Shown here piece after piece: positions 1 to 13,584 of a stretch of 51,006 nt of DNA (position 1 is the stretch's first letter; each line of letters begins with the position of its first letter). The DNA lies in NCBI GenBank assembly GCA_051942245.1, contig JAVECL010000113.1:1-51006 (forward strand), given 5' to 3'. The position numbers and the translations under genes were made by a program. The stretch comes from Trypethelium eluteriae (lineage: Eukaryota). A model generated the notes under the pieces. That model did not search any database, had not been told where the DNA came from, and was given only the letters and a program-made list of their open reading frames with translations.

Positions 1-2637
1 GAGGAAGGACGTGTTGCCTACGAGCACTTTGTAGCGTTTGCGCTCGGGGCTGATGGCTGCTTCGACGTGGGCGGAGATGCCTTTGCCGACGGCGGTGTCG
101 AAGTCGCCGACTGAACCGTCGAGGGCACCCTCGGGGCCGAGGTTGAGGTGCTCCTTGGCGCCGTTGACGATGGCTTTGGCGATTGGGTGTTCGCTGCTCA
201 TTTCGGCGAGACCTATGAGAGTCCACCAGAGCCGCGACTTTTTGGGACTCTCGTCCCATCCACCAAGTAATCTTGAGTTTGCAACACTCATTTTACCCAT
301 GGTAAGAGTGCCAGTCTTGTCGAGCACCACGTGTGTGATCTTGGTAGCGGTCTCAAGCGCAGCTCCGCCTTTCACGAGAATACCTTGCTCGGCACCGACA
401 CCAGTTCCGACCATGACTGCGGTTGGAGTTGCAAGACCAAGGGCACAAGGGCAGGCAAAGACAATAACAGCAATGCAGAGTTTGAGGCAGACCATGAAGC
501 GGCCACCACTCTCGTGGTCGAGGAAAATGCTTGGTGGGTTCTTGAGAACATGACTTAGAATCATCCAGGCGACGAACGTAGATAGACCAAGAACGATGAT
601 GATTGGTACAAAGTAGCCAGCAATCGTGTCTGCCATACGTTGGATGGGAGCTCGGCTGGTTTGTGCTTCTTGAACAAGTCGCACGATCTGACTGAGCTGA
701 GTGTCTCTGCCCGCACGTGTGACTCGGAAGTCAAGTCTACCAGCTCCATTAACAGTTCCAGCCATGAGCAAACTGCCTTTCTTCTTCAAGATCGGCATTG
801 CCTCACCAGTGACCATGCTCTCGTCGATATAACTCTCGCCGCGAGTCACAGTACCATCGGCGGGTATTTTGTCACCGGGCTTCAGGATGACGATATCTCC
901 TGTCTCGATGAGTTCTGTGGGGATGACGCGTTCCTCGGAAGCAACACCGACATCCTCTTTTGAGCTCGCAGGCTTTTCAGTCGAAAGACCAGTCTGGTTG
1001 TCCCAACCTTCGGCAGCTTTGGCAGCAGCAATAGGGTCGGCATAAATTGTTGCCATCGAAGGAGCCAGAGACATGAGCCTTGATAGGGCCTTTGAGGTCT
1101 GACCCTTAGCCCTGTTCTCTAGGTATCGGCCGAGAGTGATGAAGGTGATGAGCATGGTGCTTGTATCGAAGACGGTCGCAGGTCTGGTGTGAGGGGGCGA
1201 TAAGATGGAGACAATCATAGCTGCGACGCTGAAAAAGAAGGCTGCCGAGGTACCGAGAACGACGAGGACATCCATAGTTGGCGAGCCATGTCGGAGTGAC
1301 TTGAAGGCAGAAACGTAGAATCGCTTGCCAATGCCAAATTGTACGGGTATCGTCAAAGCTAAGCAGACAACATCGCCTAGCCAAAGACCAGGGACAATGG
1401 GGAGCTTGATGCTGCCATAATCCAAAAAGGGTATCACCATAGGGAAGATCATGCTCGTAAGGAAGACCGGAATAGCGAAGCTGAGAGAGATGAAGAAGTT
1501 GCGATGCCACTCTTGAATTTCTTTGGTTTTCGCCAGCGACTCAAGCTGAGCGTTGTTGTCATCGTTTTCGGCAACGAGTGCATTGTAACCAGCATTCTCG
1601 ATAACCTCCACTATACCTCGGAGACCGATGGAAGACGGCGCGTGAGCGATGGTTGCGCGAGAGGTACCGAAGCTAACGGATGCGGAGGTAACACCGGGTA
1701 GGTTCCGAAGCCTTGTTTCCAACTCCTGGGCTGATTCTGGTCCATTCAGTCCATAAATCTTGAGTGAAGCGGTGGCGTCCGAAGTAGCCGCAGCCCCGTC
1801 TAAGACAGAAGACAATATCTTTGCATCAAAGCCTCGGTCTTCTATTATCTCTGCGATCTTGTCCGCAGGCAGCTTGTCCTGGTCATGAATAATGACCGCG
1901 CGTTCAGCAAGTAAGCTGATGTTGAAGTGGACTAAGCCCTCCACATTTTGGAATCCGCCTTCAACTGCTGATGTACAAGCACCGCAAGTCATACCTTCGA
2001 CTGATACCGTTGTGGTCGCAATCTTAGCCTGCTTGCCCCCTCGCTTACGCTTCTTGCCGGGAGATGAGGGTGTTGCGGATAGTGACTTCGACTCCAGAAC
2101 ATTTGCGTCGAAGCCTGTGTCTTCTATTATTTCAGCTATTCGCTCAGAACTGAGAATGCTAGAATCGTGTTCTAGGACTGCACGCTCCGATAGTAGCGAT
2201 ATGCTGAATGTCTTGACCCCAGGTACGTCCTTGAAGCCTCCTTCAACTGCACTTGTACATGCTCCACATGTCATGCCACCCACTTGCACCGTTGTTGAGC
2301 ATAATGAACTTGCGGCTTTTGGTTCTTCGTCATCTTCTGCGATGGTTGAGTCATCGGCAATGTCGAAGTCATCGGGGGTGGGCAAATCAGTGTTGAGGAC
2401 TTGGGCATCGAATCCGCGGTCTTCTATTATTTCGGCGATCTTCTCAGCAGGGATTATCGAGGGGTCGTGTTGCACAACTGCTCGCTCCATGACGAGCGAC
2501 ACCGAAACGCTGCCAATGCCAGAGACATCGCTGAAGCCGGATTCGACAGCTGATGTGCAGGCTCCGCATGTCATGCCACCGACCTTGAGTGTCGTGGTCG
2601 CCAGATGGGCTGTGAGGGAGGATTTGGGTTGCGGCAT
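1..2637 (-). CDS. CCC2: Copper-transporting P1B-type ATPase (Ccc2/ATP7-like), 3'-truncated by the window edge
   Basis: Manual minus-strand translation from ATG 2637 (MPQPKSSLTAHLATTTLKVGGMTCGACTSAVE): three GMTCGAC HMA motifs plus a degenerate fourth, ESMVTGEAMP actuator motif, FACPCALGLATP transmembrane Cu site, DKTGTLT phosphorylation motif, SEHPIAKAI. The frame has no stop in the window, which is why the ORF track omits it. Confidence 0.96.
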   Translation of the reverse strand, partial: MPQPKSSLTAHLATTTLKVGGMTCGACTSAVESGFSDVSGIGSVSVSLVMERAVVQHDPSIIPAEKIAEIIEDRGFDAQVLNTDLPTPDDFDIADDSTIAEDDEEPKAASSLCSTTVQVGGMTCGACTSAVEGGFKDVPGVKTFSISLLSERAVLEHDSSILSSERIAEIIEDTGFDANVLESKSLSATPSSPGKKRKRGGKQAKIATTTVSVEGMTCGACTSAVEGGFQNVEGLVHFNISLLAERAVIIHDQDKLPADKIAEIIEDRGFDAKILSSVLDGAAATSDATASLKIYGLNGPESAQELETRLRNLPGVTSASVSFGTSRATIAHAPSSIGLRGIVEVIENAGYNALVAENDDNNAQLESLAKTKEIQEWHRNFFISLSFAIPVFLTSMIFPMVIPFLDYGSIKLPIVPGLWLGDVVCLALTIPVQFGIGKRFYVSAFKSLRHGSPTMDVLVVLGTSAAFFFSVAAMIVSILSPPHTRPATVFDTSTMLITFITLGRYLENRAKGQTSKALSRLMSLAPSMATIYADPIAAAKAAEGWDNQTGLSTEKPASSKEDVGVASEERVIPTELIETGDIVILKPGDKIPADGTVTRGESYIDESMVTGEAMPILKKKGSLLMAGTVNGAGRLDFRVTRAGRDTQLSQIVRLVQEAQTSRAPIQRMADTIAGYFVPIIIVLGLSTFVAWMILSHVLKNPPSIFLDHESGGRFMVCLKLCIAVIVFACPCALGLATPTAVMVGTGVGAEQGILVKGGAALETATKITHVVLDKTGTLTMGKMSVANSRLLGGWDESPKKSRLWWTLIGLAEMSSEHPIAKAIVNGAKEHLNLGPEGALDGSVGDFDTAVGKGISAHVEAAISPERKRYKVLVGNTSFL

Positions 2638-4402
2638 GATGAATTGTCCGCACGGCGGATGTGGGCTTTGTGTATATTAGACACTTTCACGAGGGAAAAG
2701 GTATTGATCGGAGCAAGGCGGACGAGATGTGAGATGAGCGGTCGAGGAGAATCGTGTTTATAATTAGATCAATATAGATGAGGGAGGAGCGACTGGGTGT
2801 CGGCAGCCACTCGGATGTAGATGCGATAGACAAGATTGAAGGTATATTCGTCGTATGAGCAGAAGCAAAAGGCCAGCTTCTGCTGTATGGAAACGAGCGA
2901 AGAAAGGGTATCACAGGCGAGTGAGGTAAGAAAGGTAAGAAAAGGTAAGGGAGAAGCGAAGGTATATGAGTGAATTACGTGAGTGAGGTTGAAGGTAAGA
3001 GTGGCGCTGGGGCTGAACCTGATTCAGTATTAGGATGCGATGATTGGGGCCGTCCGATCGACCTTCGGGGTCCGGCACCAACATGGGTTTGTATACAACC
3101 CACCCGCCTCTGACGACAAAGGACTGACAAAGAAGCGCTGACAATGGGATTCTAGGGAGCAGAGACTTCATCACAAACACCATCGCGTGCATCCTCTCTG
3201 CTGGACTGTGACTCGCCTATCGTGAAGGGGACTGACGTGCGACGTCCGAGCGGAGCCTTGCAGGGATACTCCGGCTCCTCCACGTTTGATGCGCCTGATA
3301 CGCCACGAACCGCCAAGGGATGAGGCGCATCTCGTCAGGCCTTTTCCGCTCTGCGACACCATCCAATTCATCTAAACCTCTCGAGTTTTGCGGATCAAAT
3401 ATTTCTCCTGCACCTGCACCAATCGTCCACCCAGTCCCCGGCCTGGCATCCGAACAAATTACCAGATCACTCCCGGTACTTGGTACCCGAAGAACAGAAA
3501 CAGGAGTCGAGTCAACGCAAAACGGGGACAATCCCTCCCGAATGCCCATCCAGGAGGTTATCCGCTCTCTAGCGATGGAATCTGCTACAAACGTCTATGT
3601 TTCGTACCTGTCTGGAAACTAAACCTCTCAACTGTAGCCTCGAGTTGCCCTGATCGAACTGACCCAGCTCCACCTTTCCAACGTGCGTTTTCCTCCATTG
3701 TCTCATTTCTGTTGTATATACAGAATCCTTCCCGGGTATTACCAAGTGAACTTGCCGTCTTAGCCGAGTGCACCGTCTGCTCAGTAGCTGACCTTCTCGA
3801 GGAGAGACACTTTCCGTCTATGCGATCCATCCCGACATTATGCCTCGCCATTCCTCATGCTTTCCCAGATAGGGCAATTTGATGCCAAGGAACAGAATGC
3901 TCGGTGAACGCCTGATATAAATAAAAGCAACGCCATCTAAATGCCAAGATGCCCGAAACTGTGAGACGACGCCTGCCGATGAGATGAACCACCCTCCAGC
4001 CTGTTCATGAAAGCAGAATGCCAAGTCCACCGCTGGTTACCCTAGCTGCCAAGGCGGATAGAAACGAAGCTGCCGTAGGCCAACTGGGGAAGAGTGGAGA
4101 AGGTCACAATACGCGTGGGCTCAGGGCCACGTGCTATATACAGTTCGAAAAGGGATCCTTCTGCGGCATAAATATTGCTGCTGTTCCTCAGGATATCCCT
4201 TTTCATATGCGTGTGAGGAACTGTCCAACGCGTCTGGAAGAGATCAGTAGATTATTTCAATATGATCAATTTCTCTTCTTGGATGTTACACCGTAGACTC
4301 ACCAGCACACACTTCCCCGCCACAAAGTAATTCCACCTTCCTTTTTTTTTGGTTTTTTTGATTTTTTTTGATTTTGTGTGAAACTCCTACTTTCACCGCA
4401 TA

Positions 4403-7400
4403 TCAATGCTTCTTCCACTTACCCTCCCGCTCCTCCCTCCTTCGTCCCTCCGGATCGACCCAGTTGCCAACTCCTAGGCCGACCTTGCCTACAGCTCCAG
4501 CAAGGCCCATCGCAGGCCTCAGCAGTACAGTCGGTGCACGTCTCACCACTGCCCGTGCACCTCCTGTCAATCCTTCAGCATCAGCAACCTCACCCGGTAT
4601 AGCAATGATAGCATCCCGCGCGGTCAACAAATCGCGTTCGAGGGACTGGGCGGCGGACCGGATCGCAGAGGATATGTTAATTGGAGCATCAGCATAAGCC
4701 GAGATGTTCTTCTTCCCTTTCGGTGCATCCTCATCGTCGGACGAAATGTTTGCATCATCCCAGCCCTCCGCATGCGAAATTTGAGCAGGCGAGAGTATGT
4801 TCTCCGCCCCCTGCAACGCGGTGTGTGTCCCGATAGCGAGTTTCGCACCCAGACGCGCAAGTTCACTAGTTGTAGTTTTGGCGAAAGCGGCGGCGCCTTT
4901 TTGGATGCTACGAACTACGCGTCCGTCCTTGCGGTATTCTCGCATCGGTACGACGACGAGGTCACGGACACCGGATCCCACATTGACGAGGCCACGTACG
5001 GGAGCGAGGCCGGCAAGGACACCGGGAAGTTGATTGCTACGCACGTCTGGCTGCCAAATGTCATTAAGGGTTTTGTGTAGTTTATCGAAGCCGAGGATGC
5101 CGTAGACGATGACATGCCGTAGGTAGAAATCGGCGCCGTCGAGAATGAAGAAGTTCATGAATTCTCCAGTATGACCTGATCGGAGACCGCCATAGTCGAT
5201 TTTTTTGGGTTTGTAGTCGAGCTTCACGCGCACAGTGTTGACTTCAACTCTTTGAAGAAAAACTTCGTCTTCCTTCCTTGGGGCTGCCTTATTGTCGGAA
5301 GGAGCCTTGAATTCGAAGAAGCGTGTGATGAAGTCCAGAGCGTCTTGGTCAACATGTAGGCGAAGTGGGAGAACATTAACCTAAAAAATGTGAGCATACC
5401 ATGATTGACTTCCGCGCTAATCTCCTACCTTCAATACCAGTTCGGAAGCAGCTAGTTCAGCAACCGGCTTGACAGTTAACACTTCGATTCGAATCATTGG
5501 CTTACCCATCTCCCGCTCGCCGGCGTCATGCAGGTATGTTGCGAACTTCTTCCATGTTGAAGTCGGGACGTGATCGAAGATCTCAAATTCCTTGACCTTT
5601 ATATCGATTGACGACTGCGTCTCTCCCGAGCCAGGTGGGAAGACGATCATGTCCAAGGAAACGCTCTTAAGCTCGAAGGTAATCTTATGCTGTTTGCTAC
5701 GATGTACTTTTAATTTCTTGCTACGGTTGAAGGCTGAGTGGCCACGGCTAGGCGACCGCGACATGGCCGTAACAGTCGTTGTACCGGTTGCCAAACTCTC
5801 GGTCTCAGTGATCATGTCGTCGACGTTACGGTTGATCTGCCGTGTGAGGTCCTTCGGATCGCGATTTGCAGGTACGCCAATGTAGATCGAGTTGAACAGG
5901 AAATCGCCGATAACGGACTCGTCGTCTTCTTCCTCTACATTTGCCGATCGCCGTCTACGTGAACGTCTCTCTTCCGCGCGATGCTCGATGTTATTGACAG
6001 TTTTTGTGATAATATCTCGAGTGCTTTGCCAGTCATACCCGTCGAACAAGTTCCATATAATGTGCACATCCCGTGCTCGAACCTTGAGCGGGCTGCCCCG
6101 AACCTTGAACTCGTTTGTGGTTCCCGGCTGATTCTTTACAGAATCCCATTTCCGCGCGTGGCCTTGGACCTCAGAGCCGGTACCGAAATAATTCTCTTCG
6201 AAGGAAAGTGGGGAATCGCCAGAGCCGACTTCATACTGCTCTTGGAAGCTCTCAAGCAACGGTTGGCTACCAAGCTCACGCGTCGGTCGGGAACTCGCAA
6301 CTTGTTCAATGTCTTGTTCATTGAGTATACTATCGCCAAATTCTTCATCGGTCGGTTGCGGATCAGGATTGTAGAAGCTTCCGACGTATTCAAGATTTGC
6401 TGGTAATTCTTCATCGTCAAGCAGATCTCCTTCATCTAGGCCTAAGGGCTCTTCGGAAACTTCAGACGAATTTTGAGATGAGTTAAAGGCATCGCCTGTA
6501 AAAGATGCCATCATCTCCTCCATCGAAATGACTTCCGTCCTGTATTTGGTGTCTCTACTAGGTGGCATAGGAGGTTTAAGTGCATTCAGTGTCTCAAAAA
6601 GTGTCTGAGTGGAGTCTGCACAAGTCTCCAAGACGAAAAGATCATCTCTGAGCTCAACATCTACTGTCTGAGATCCATCAGAATTATCTAAGAGGCGAAT
6701 GTCTGCGCGTGCTGCCGAAATATAGCTGATGGAAACGTATCCTCCCTTGCAGAGCTCTGCGACTTGTCGACTGCCGAGACCCGCTGATCCAGGTCTTTTC
6801 GACAGACGTTCATTCGGCAGACCGTAAATCTCTTCTTGATCTATCATGAGAATTGATGCCTTTCTCACATCGACCGCGGACTTAAGATTCTCCTTTCCGG
6901 GAAGATTTGACAGAAGCTTGGTATCAGTCAGTACAAGAAGAACTTTCGATGACATAACTCGCGGGTTCAGGCCCAGCGCGCAGTCTCTCAATAGAACATC
7001 GAGGTGAAGGGCTCCAGAAGAGTGGCCAAAAAAATCACTACTTCTGGTAGATTGAGGCGAAAGCTTTTTGGGAGAAGCAGCAGTGATGGTAGCAACAGAG
7101 GCAGCTACATCAGCCAGCACATCTTCCGGCATTGCTCCATCCTTAAGTCCAAGGATAGCCATTATGGTTGGAACTCGATACTCAAGACATACGTTGAAAA
7201 ACTTAAGTTTAGCAATGGGCTCTATCTCTCCACCCAAGAATCTGGCCATGATCATAGGTAATCTTTCGGGAGGTGTAAGGTCATGTACCGGGTGGACGAG
7301 CTGTTCTCCGTGACCTCTTTGAGCAATGACCGTTCCAACTTCTATTGCAAGAAGGGATGGAAGGCCAACATGCGCTATCTGCGAGCCTTGCGTGTTAATT

Positions 7401-10400
7401 GTCAACGTGCCGAATGCGTCATTAATAGTAACCTTGGTCTCGAGTTCTTCAATAGCACAGAGGGTAAGAATACCGGGTCTATCATCTTCTGGTAAGTACT
7501 TGGTCACCGTGGATAATTTTGCCAATTCGTCGCCGAGTTTGGTCAGGACCTCGAGCTTCTCGAGGTTCTGGATTTCAACTTGCGCCTTGCCAATACCGAG
7601 ACGAATGACCGACCCTTTTCGCCGCTGCCGAAGCAGTGTATCAATGAGAATGTCATCATCATTCTCGTACTTGTCTCTTGATGGGGTAAGTATCGATAGA
7701 AGCCGTTCGAGATCATCGTCCTGAGGAGTAAAGAGGAACTCAGCTCTGGTATTTGCGAGTTGGATTAGTGCCGGTACATCTTCGTCCTCGTTCGTGAGAT
7801 AAGGTCCTGCGAGCCTGATCTCGTCTACAGATAATCCGACTAGCCCGTGCTGCAAGCGGAACAATACTTTGATGGCACTACTTTGGAATGTAACATGAGA
7901 ACTTCTGCCTCTGATTGCGACAAGAGCCCCACCGAGTCGAATGTTCAGCTTTGTCACAGGCGTTGATTTGGGCTCCAGTGCGGGATGTGGACTCTCGAAA
8001 TGTACACCACGAGCTCGCTTGGGTGAAGGAGAATCAGCTAGGATCGTACTATTGGACATGATTGAGCTGCTGAGTTCAAGGATACCGCTAAGTCCGCCAA
8101 AGGATATCAGAGTGTCATCTAATTTCTGGAGGTCAAAGTTGATGTTGATTGGAAGAGTACCAATCTTTATCACGGTCGTGCCACCAACGTTTGAGAAAGA
8201 TAAGGACATAGCATCCAGCTGTGGTTCTTTCAAATCTCGCACAGAAGTCCTCAGCCGAGCGCTATCATCAAAGGACAGTATGTCTTCGCCTGGGTATCCT
8301 AACGAGAAGAGGGAAATACTGGCTTCGATAGTGGTAGATTGAGGACTCGTTTCGAAGCAAGATCGAAGCCCCTGCCAACGCAGTTTGAAGAGTACATCAG
8401 AATTATTTTCTTGCTCCAAAGATTTAGATCGGGTGCTATTTTGCAATAGTGTTGACCTGCTAACGGCTTGCAAGTACTCGACGAGTGATAGGGAGATATT
8501 GCTGACGCTTAGATTCAGCCGGAGTTGGGAAGTTGCTCCCGCCTCGGTTTTGTCCTTCTTGGTCCCAAATGATGAGGAATCTGCTTTTGTAGTCGACAGT
8601 AGCATTGATACTGTCTCTAAAAGAAGCTGAACGGTTGCTACATCGCCTATCAATTCAACATCGCCGATCGAGACTTCAAACTCGTCCTTTCGGCTCGGTT
8701 CGCCTGGCATCTCAGTAGGTGGTACATCCGATGACCGATGGATCATGGATGATCTCCGGCGTCTTGAGGTACCGGTCTCTGCGTACTTCGAAAATGTACC
8801 TGGTGCACGATGATCTGACTGTTCTTTGGCTCTCGCATTTCCATCTGTTGAATCTTTAGAAAATTGAGAATCTTGGGGCTCTGGTATCCAAAGCGATATT
8901 TCCTTCACCATGAGGAATTGCTTTGCGGTCATATTGTCCATTTCAATAGGAGATGCGGGTGATATATTTTCACCGGTGAAGGGGTCATCTTTGTTACGCA
9001 TTTCATCTTGGAGATCAACTTTATCATCTTGTGGCTCGATAGAGGGGTATATACTGCGTGATTGCTGTTCACTAGGAGATTCTCTCGGCTTCGGCGTCTC
9101 ACAACGCTCGTGAACTGATGCGCCACTTAGAGCAGATCCTTGTCCAATTGATGTGTCCTCAGCAACAGAAGCAGGATTCGGGAGACATTCGTTTCCCGAG
9201 TCACTGTGAGAATCCCACGCGCCAGGAAGATGGAGTCGCTGAGCTGAATGTATCGATTCGGCAGCCATAGCGCTCATGTACATGCTCTCTGCCTCCTCAT
9301 GGCTATAGATCCTTGATTCAGACATACCTTCATCAAATGGGGTGGCAATTCCGGTTTCGCCACCGTTTGAGTCGGAGTTCGAAAATTCAGGAGAGAGTCT
9401 AGGGCCAGGTAAAGGGTCTCTCTTGGGATGAATTTGTGATGGAGCGGCGTCGAAGTTAGAATCCGCCTCAAGTAAGGGAAGCGAAGACCGCAGACCCTCA
9501 CGACTATCTTGCAGATTAGCATTGCCTGTGCCTTCAAAGCTTATTAGGTCAGATGTGTTCATGAAACCGGGCTCCTCTGGGAACGAAGACGAAGACCGAT
9601 AGATCTGCTCATCGTCATTATGTGTTTGCGGCTCCAGCATTCCACTCGCGCCTATTGAGTATTGAAGACCCGGCCTGTCATCATTAGCGTACGATTTCCA
9701 TATATCACTCATTTGCGACTCCTCCACATGCGGTTCACTAATGGTACTTTCGCTCGCAGGTTCGCCAAAGCTTTGCACAGATGGAGTCTTTGATGCTGTT
9801 GGAGATGAGGCAATAGGAGTCCTTGGGTCATCGTCATCGGCTGGGTCTGCAAATCGATCATCATCTGCTGTTATGACGGATGCTGCAAGAGTTTCGCCCG
9901 CAATCTCGACACCGTGAGATCGTTCCGATACTGGAGAGCTTGGATAAGAGGACTGCCTCTTCATCGGGGAAGTTGGAGTGGACTGCATAGAGAGAGATCC
10001 ACCAGCAAATTCATCTGCTCCTCGCAATCTCCTTGCCTTATCTGGCCGACTTGTAACAGAAGGTGACCGAGAAGCCTTGGCAGCTCTTTCGAAGAGTGGG
10101 GATTCTGTGATTAGATATGCGCAAACGTGATCAAGCCGAATATGTCTTTTGCCCACTCGTGAATGAGGGGTCGAACTTGGTCCACTGGAGTTGGAGGCAG
10201 AGTTTTCGGAGGTATGTTCGACGTTGTCTGCAGTAAGTCCTTCAATACCTAATTGCTTTGCACGTAGGCTGATCGATACTGGGGTCGGCTCCGCTGGCGA
10301 ATCTTCCACTTTATCCTGCCTTGGAAATGCGAGATCCACTCGGAATTCGACATCGCGTATCCGAACCTCCAATCTATCTCTGACACCCTTCAGGAAACTC

Positions 10401-11116
10401 GCGAGAAATCCAGGAACCGAAAGCTCTGTGCCTGTTCCGACTTCCTGCTCAGCCAAACTCTCTGCTGTGGATGATGAGGACTCCGAAAGGCGCTGTGATT
10501 GCGTATTGATTGCTGCCTCCAGCTCTTCCCTTTCCTCTTGAGGTTCCACATCTAGGAATGATTTTGCAAGGTCTTGGGTCGTGGGTATATAATCGTCATT
10601 CTCTGAGTCTGAATCTGAAAAGGAAGAAGCCCTCCTTGTCCTTCTCTCTCGCAATGGTGGTGACTTGAGACGCCTGCTAGCTTGCCTAGGCTTATTCAGT
10701 GGAGCTTCCTTCTTTGGTCTTGGGTCCCGTGATACGCCTTCTGAAGGCTGTTCAAGTACTTGAATCTGCGCTATTACCCCATCCACTTCGACCACGATGC
10801 CACTTCTGTAAATGTCTGCAGGGACCGTGACTCGTAGATGTAGTATCCTAGCTTTGACAAGTCGAAGGCACTCAGGTAAGTGGAGGAGAGATGTTAATTT
10901 CTGGAAAGATCTTCGTTAGCTTGAGTTGCCTCATAAAATTCGTCGAAGACCAACCGGAAGCCGTAGCCCTATATCTCGCAACTCCACAGTGCTCCGCTTG
11001 CCTAGGGCTATATCCAAATTTCCCAAATCCAACGCATCTGAATCGAGAAGCTCGAGCCGTGTGAGAGCATACTGAAGGAGACGCTTTTGGATGTAGGATG
11101 GAATAAAATAGGCCAT
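4403..11116 (-). CDS. ATG2: Autophagy-related lipid transfer protein Atg2 (~2203 aa, 3 exons)
   Basis: Chorein-type N-terminus ([17 protein letters not shown]), [45 protein letters not shown] and the ATG_C amphipathic end. Introns 10901-10954 and 5381-5428 join the three ORFs in frame (6612 nt). Confidence 0.95.
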
Positions 11117-11668
11117 GGCCGCCGGCGCCCGGGACCGATAAACGTTCTCACCGGGTAATCGAGAAGAAACAAGGCAGCATTCTTGAAGATAGCCAGGGAA
11201 GGTATAGGATCGGCAATAGTATCATCGAGCGAGGTGTAGGTACTTTGCTTATACTAGTGGGAAAGGTGATGGTGTTGCAGGCGTTGTGTTTGAAGGAGGG
11301 GAATGCGAGGACTGGATGGGCTCAAAGGATAACATCGAGGACCTTCAGCAGGTGAGGATAAGCCGTGAACAGGTTCAGGTCAGTCAAGCTAGGCAGGGCA
11401 CGAGGAGGCGTCTGAAGGGTGAGCGTGCAGCAGCTTGCTTGAGCTTCCGCGATGACGCCGGCTGCGGATGACCCCTCCAACATCCCACTTTACGGCTGTC
11501 CCTTTCCGCCTAATAGAGTACCTGAGTCTTACAGAGGCACAAACGATAGATATCTTTGAAGCATATTTCCAACAAACAACCCAAACTATCTGACTACTTT
11601 TCTGGTTCAAGTCACAAATCCGTTGAGCCTCAATCTCTTACCGCTTGCTATAGCTGTTTGGGTCTATA

Positions 11669-13514
11669 ATGGAAGATCAAATGGAAAACGTCAGCCTAGC
11701 AGACGAGGATTTTGATAAAGCAGAAGGGCTGCCCAGCCTTTCAGACCCGTTCTTGCAAAAGTACCTCGAAGGCAGAGATGCTCTTGTCGCCCAAGAGAAG
11801 AGACAGCGAAGCGGTTGGTGAAAGCTTGCAGGCATTCTCGAAAGAACCGGGTCTGATTATTCGCATGTCAAAGACCACACGTTTCGCGAAACCCTCACCC
11901 CTATGGCTTCGGAAGCCTGTGCTATCGTCTCTCAGATCCGCTTCGAGGAACAACAGACAGTCTGGACCAGTGACTTCGAGGATGAGCTTGCCCGCACCGA
12001 CGTAGACTATTACCCGGGGATGATGTTTACGCATGCAAAAGAGAGGATGGAGAAGACAAAGCTATGGAAAATTGTCGAGAAGATGCCAAAGGGAGCTTTG
12101 CTTCATTGTCACTACGAAGCTACAGTGGACACAGATTGGCTCATTGACCAAGCAATGGAGACGCCTGGTCTACATATTGAATCTGCAGCCCCTCTGGTTC
12201 CTGAGAATCTTTCTTCAACGACATTCGTATTCTCATATGCCAACTCTTCCCAGGAATCGGCTACATCAATATGGTCGGACTCGTACATACCCGATACTAA
12301 AGTTTCTATTAGAGAAGCCTCAAGGACCTTTCCGGACGGACATGACGGTGGTTTCAGAAGATGGCTCAAATCTCGCTTCACCTTTACGTGCGAGAACCAC
12401 CACGAGGGACCTACAAGTGTCTGGAAACGTTTCACTCGCGTGTTCCAGAGTATCTCTACGCTCGTTTGTTACGAACCAATTTTCCGCGCGTCTCTTCGGC
12501 ATACGTGCAAGAAATTACTCGATGACGGAATCCAGTATTTTGATGTCAGAAAAGCTATGCTGGTGCCTTTACGAAGGGAGAAATCAGAGACTATTGATTC
12601 GGATCATGAAGGGATGCTAGCAGTTATGAGCGAAGAGATTGAGAATTTCAAGCAATCGGAGGAGGGCAAAAGGTTTTGGGGCTCTAGGTTGATTTGGACA
12701 ACGATGCGAATTTTTGACAAGCGAAAGATGATAGAGAGTAAGAAAGAAACCTGAGACCAGATCTGTAGACTTGTAAATTGACCATGAGACAGACATGAAG
12801 GAGTGCATCCGGATGAAGCAGATCTTTCCCGAACTCATCGCAGGCTTCGACCTGGTGGGCCACGAAGATGCAGGCCGACCTCTTGTGGATCTTCTCCCCG
12901 AACTTTTCTGGTTCAAAAAACGCTGCAGGGAAGAAGACGTCGACATCCCGTTCTTTTTCCACGCAGGCGAGACGCTTGGTGATGGCGACGAGACTGACGA
13001 GAATCTCTTCGACGCCATCCTTTTGGGGACTCGACGCATCGGTCACGGTTTCTCACTTTATAAGCATCCTCTACTCATTGACATGATCAAAGAGAAACGC
13101 ATACTCGTCGAAAGCTGTCCAGTCTCGAATGAAGTGCTCCGGTATACTGGTTCTATCTTACAACACCCACTGCCTGCACTACTATCTCGCGGCGTCCCTG
13201 TAGCACTATGCAACGACGATCCCGCTGTGATGGACTTCGGAAGCAATGGAATGACCCATGACTTCTGGCAGGCTTTACAAGGCTGGGAGAACCTAGGTCT
13301 AGAGGGCCTTGGCTCCCTCGCCGAGAATAGTATTCGTTATGCCGCCTTTGAGGATTGTAGCGCAAAGGAATGGACAGAAGATGTAAAGGCAGGAGCGTAC
13401 GGGAAAGGTGTCCGTGCGCAGCGAATGAAAGAATGGGCCATTGAGTGGGAGAAATTCTGTCAGTGGGTAGTGCTCGAGTTTGGAGCAGACATGGATCTCG
13501 AGCAGGTTGACTAG
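11669..13514 (+). CDS. Adenosine deaminase family protein (ADA2/ADGF/CECR1-like)
   Basis: MPKGALLHCH, IAGFDLVGHED, FFFHAGET, RRIGHG, ESCPVSNEVL and NDDP motifs. Introns 11814-11873 and 12738-12792 restore the frame from ATG 11669. Confidence 0.92.
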
Positions 13515-13584
13515 GTTTAGATTTGAAAGTTGTGTCATTCAACATACCAAAGAGCCAGGCCCTCAACAGGCTCGCTTGGAGTAC

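Noticed and set aside
38..2680. Plus-strand ORFs 38-553, 640-963 and 1892-2680
   Set aside because: Antisense shadows of the copper ATPase.
3200..4300. Short ORFs between the Cu-ATPase and ATG2
   Set aside because: No recognisable domain or consistent exon structure.
4341..4375. T-run repeats downstream of ATG2, and the (GA)n tract near 40277-40300
   Set aside because: Ordinary low-complexity 3' UTR or intergenic microsatellites.
5592..10541. Many plus-strand ORFs within ATG2 (likewise those within NIC96, the MFS and the Zn-cluster gene)
   Set aside because: Shadow frames of long real CDSs with no independent motifs.
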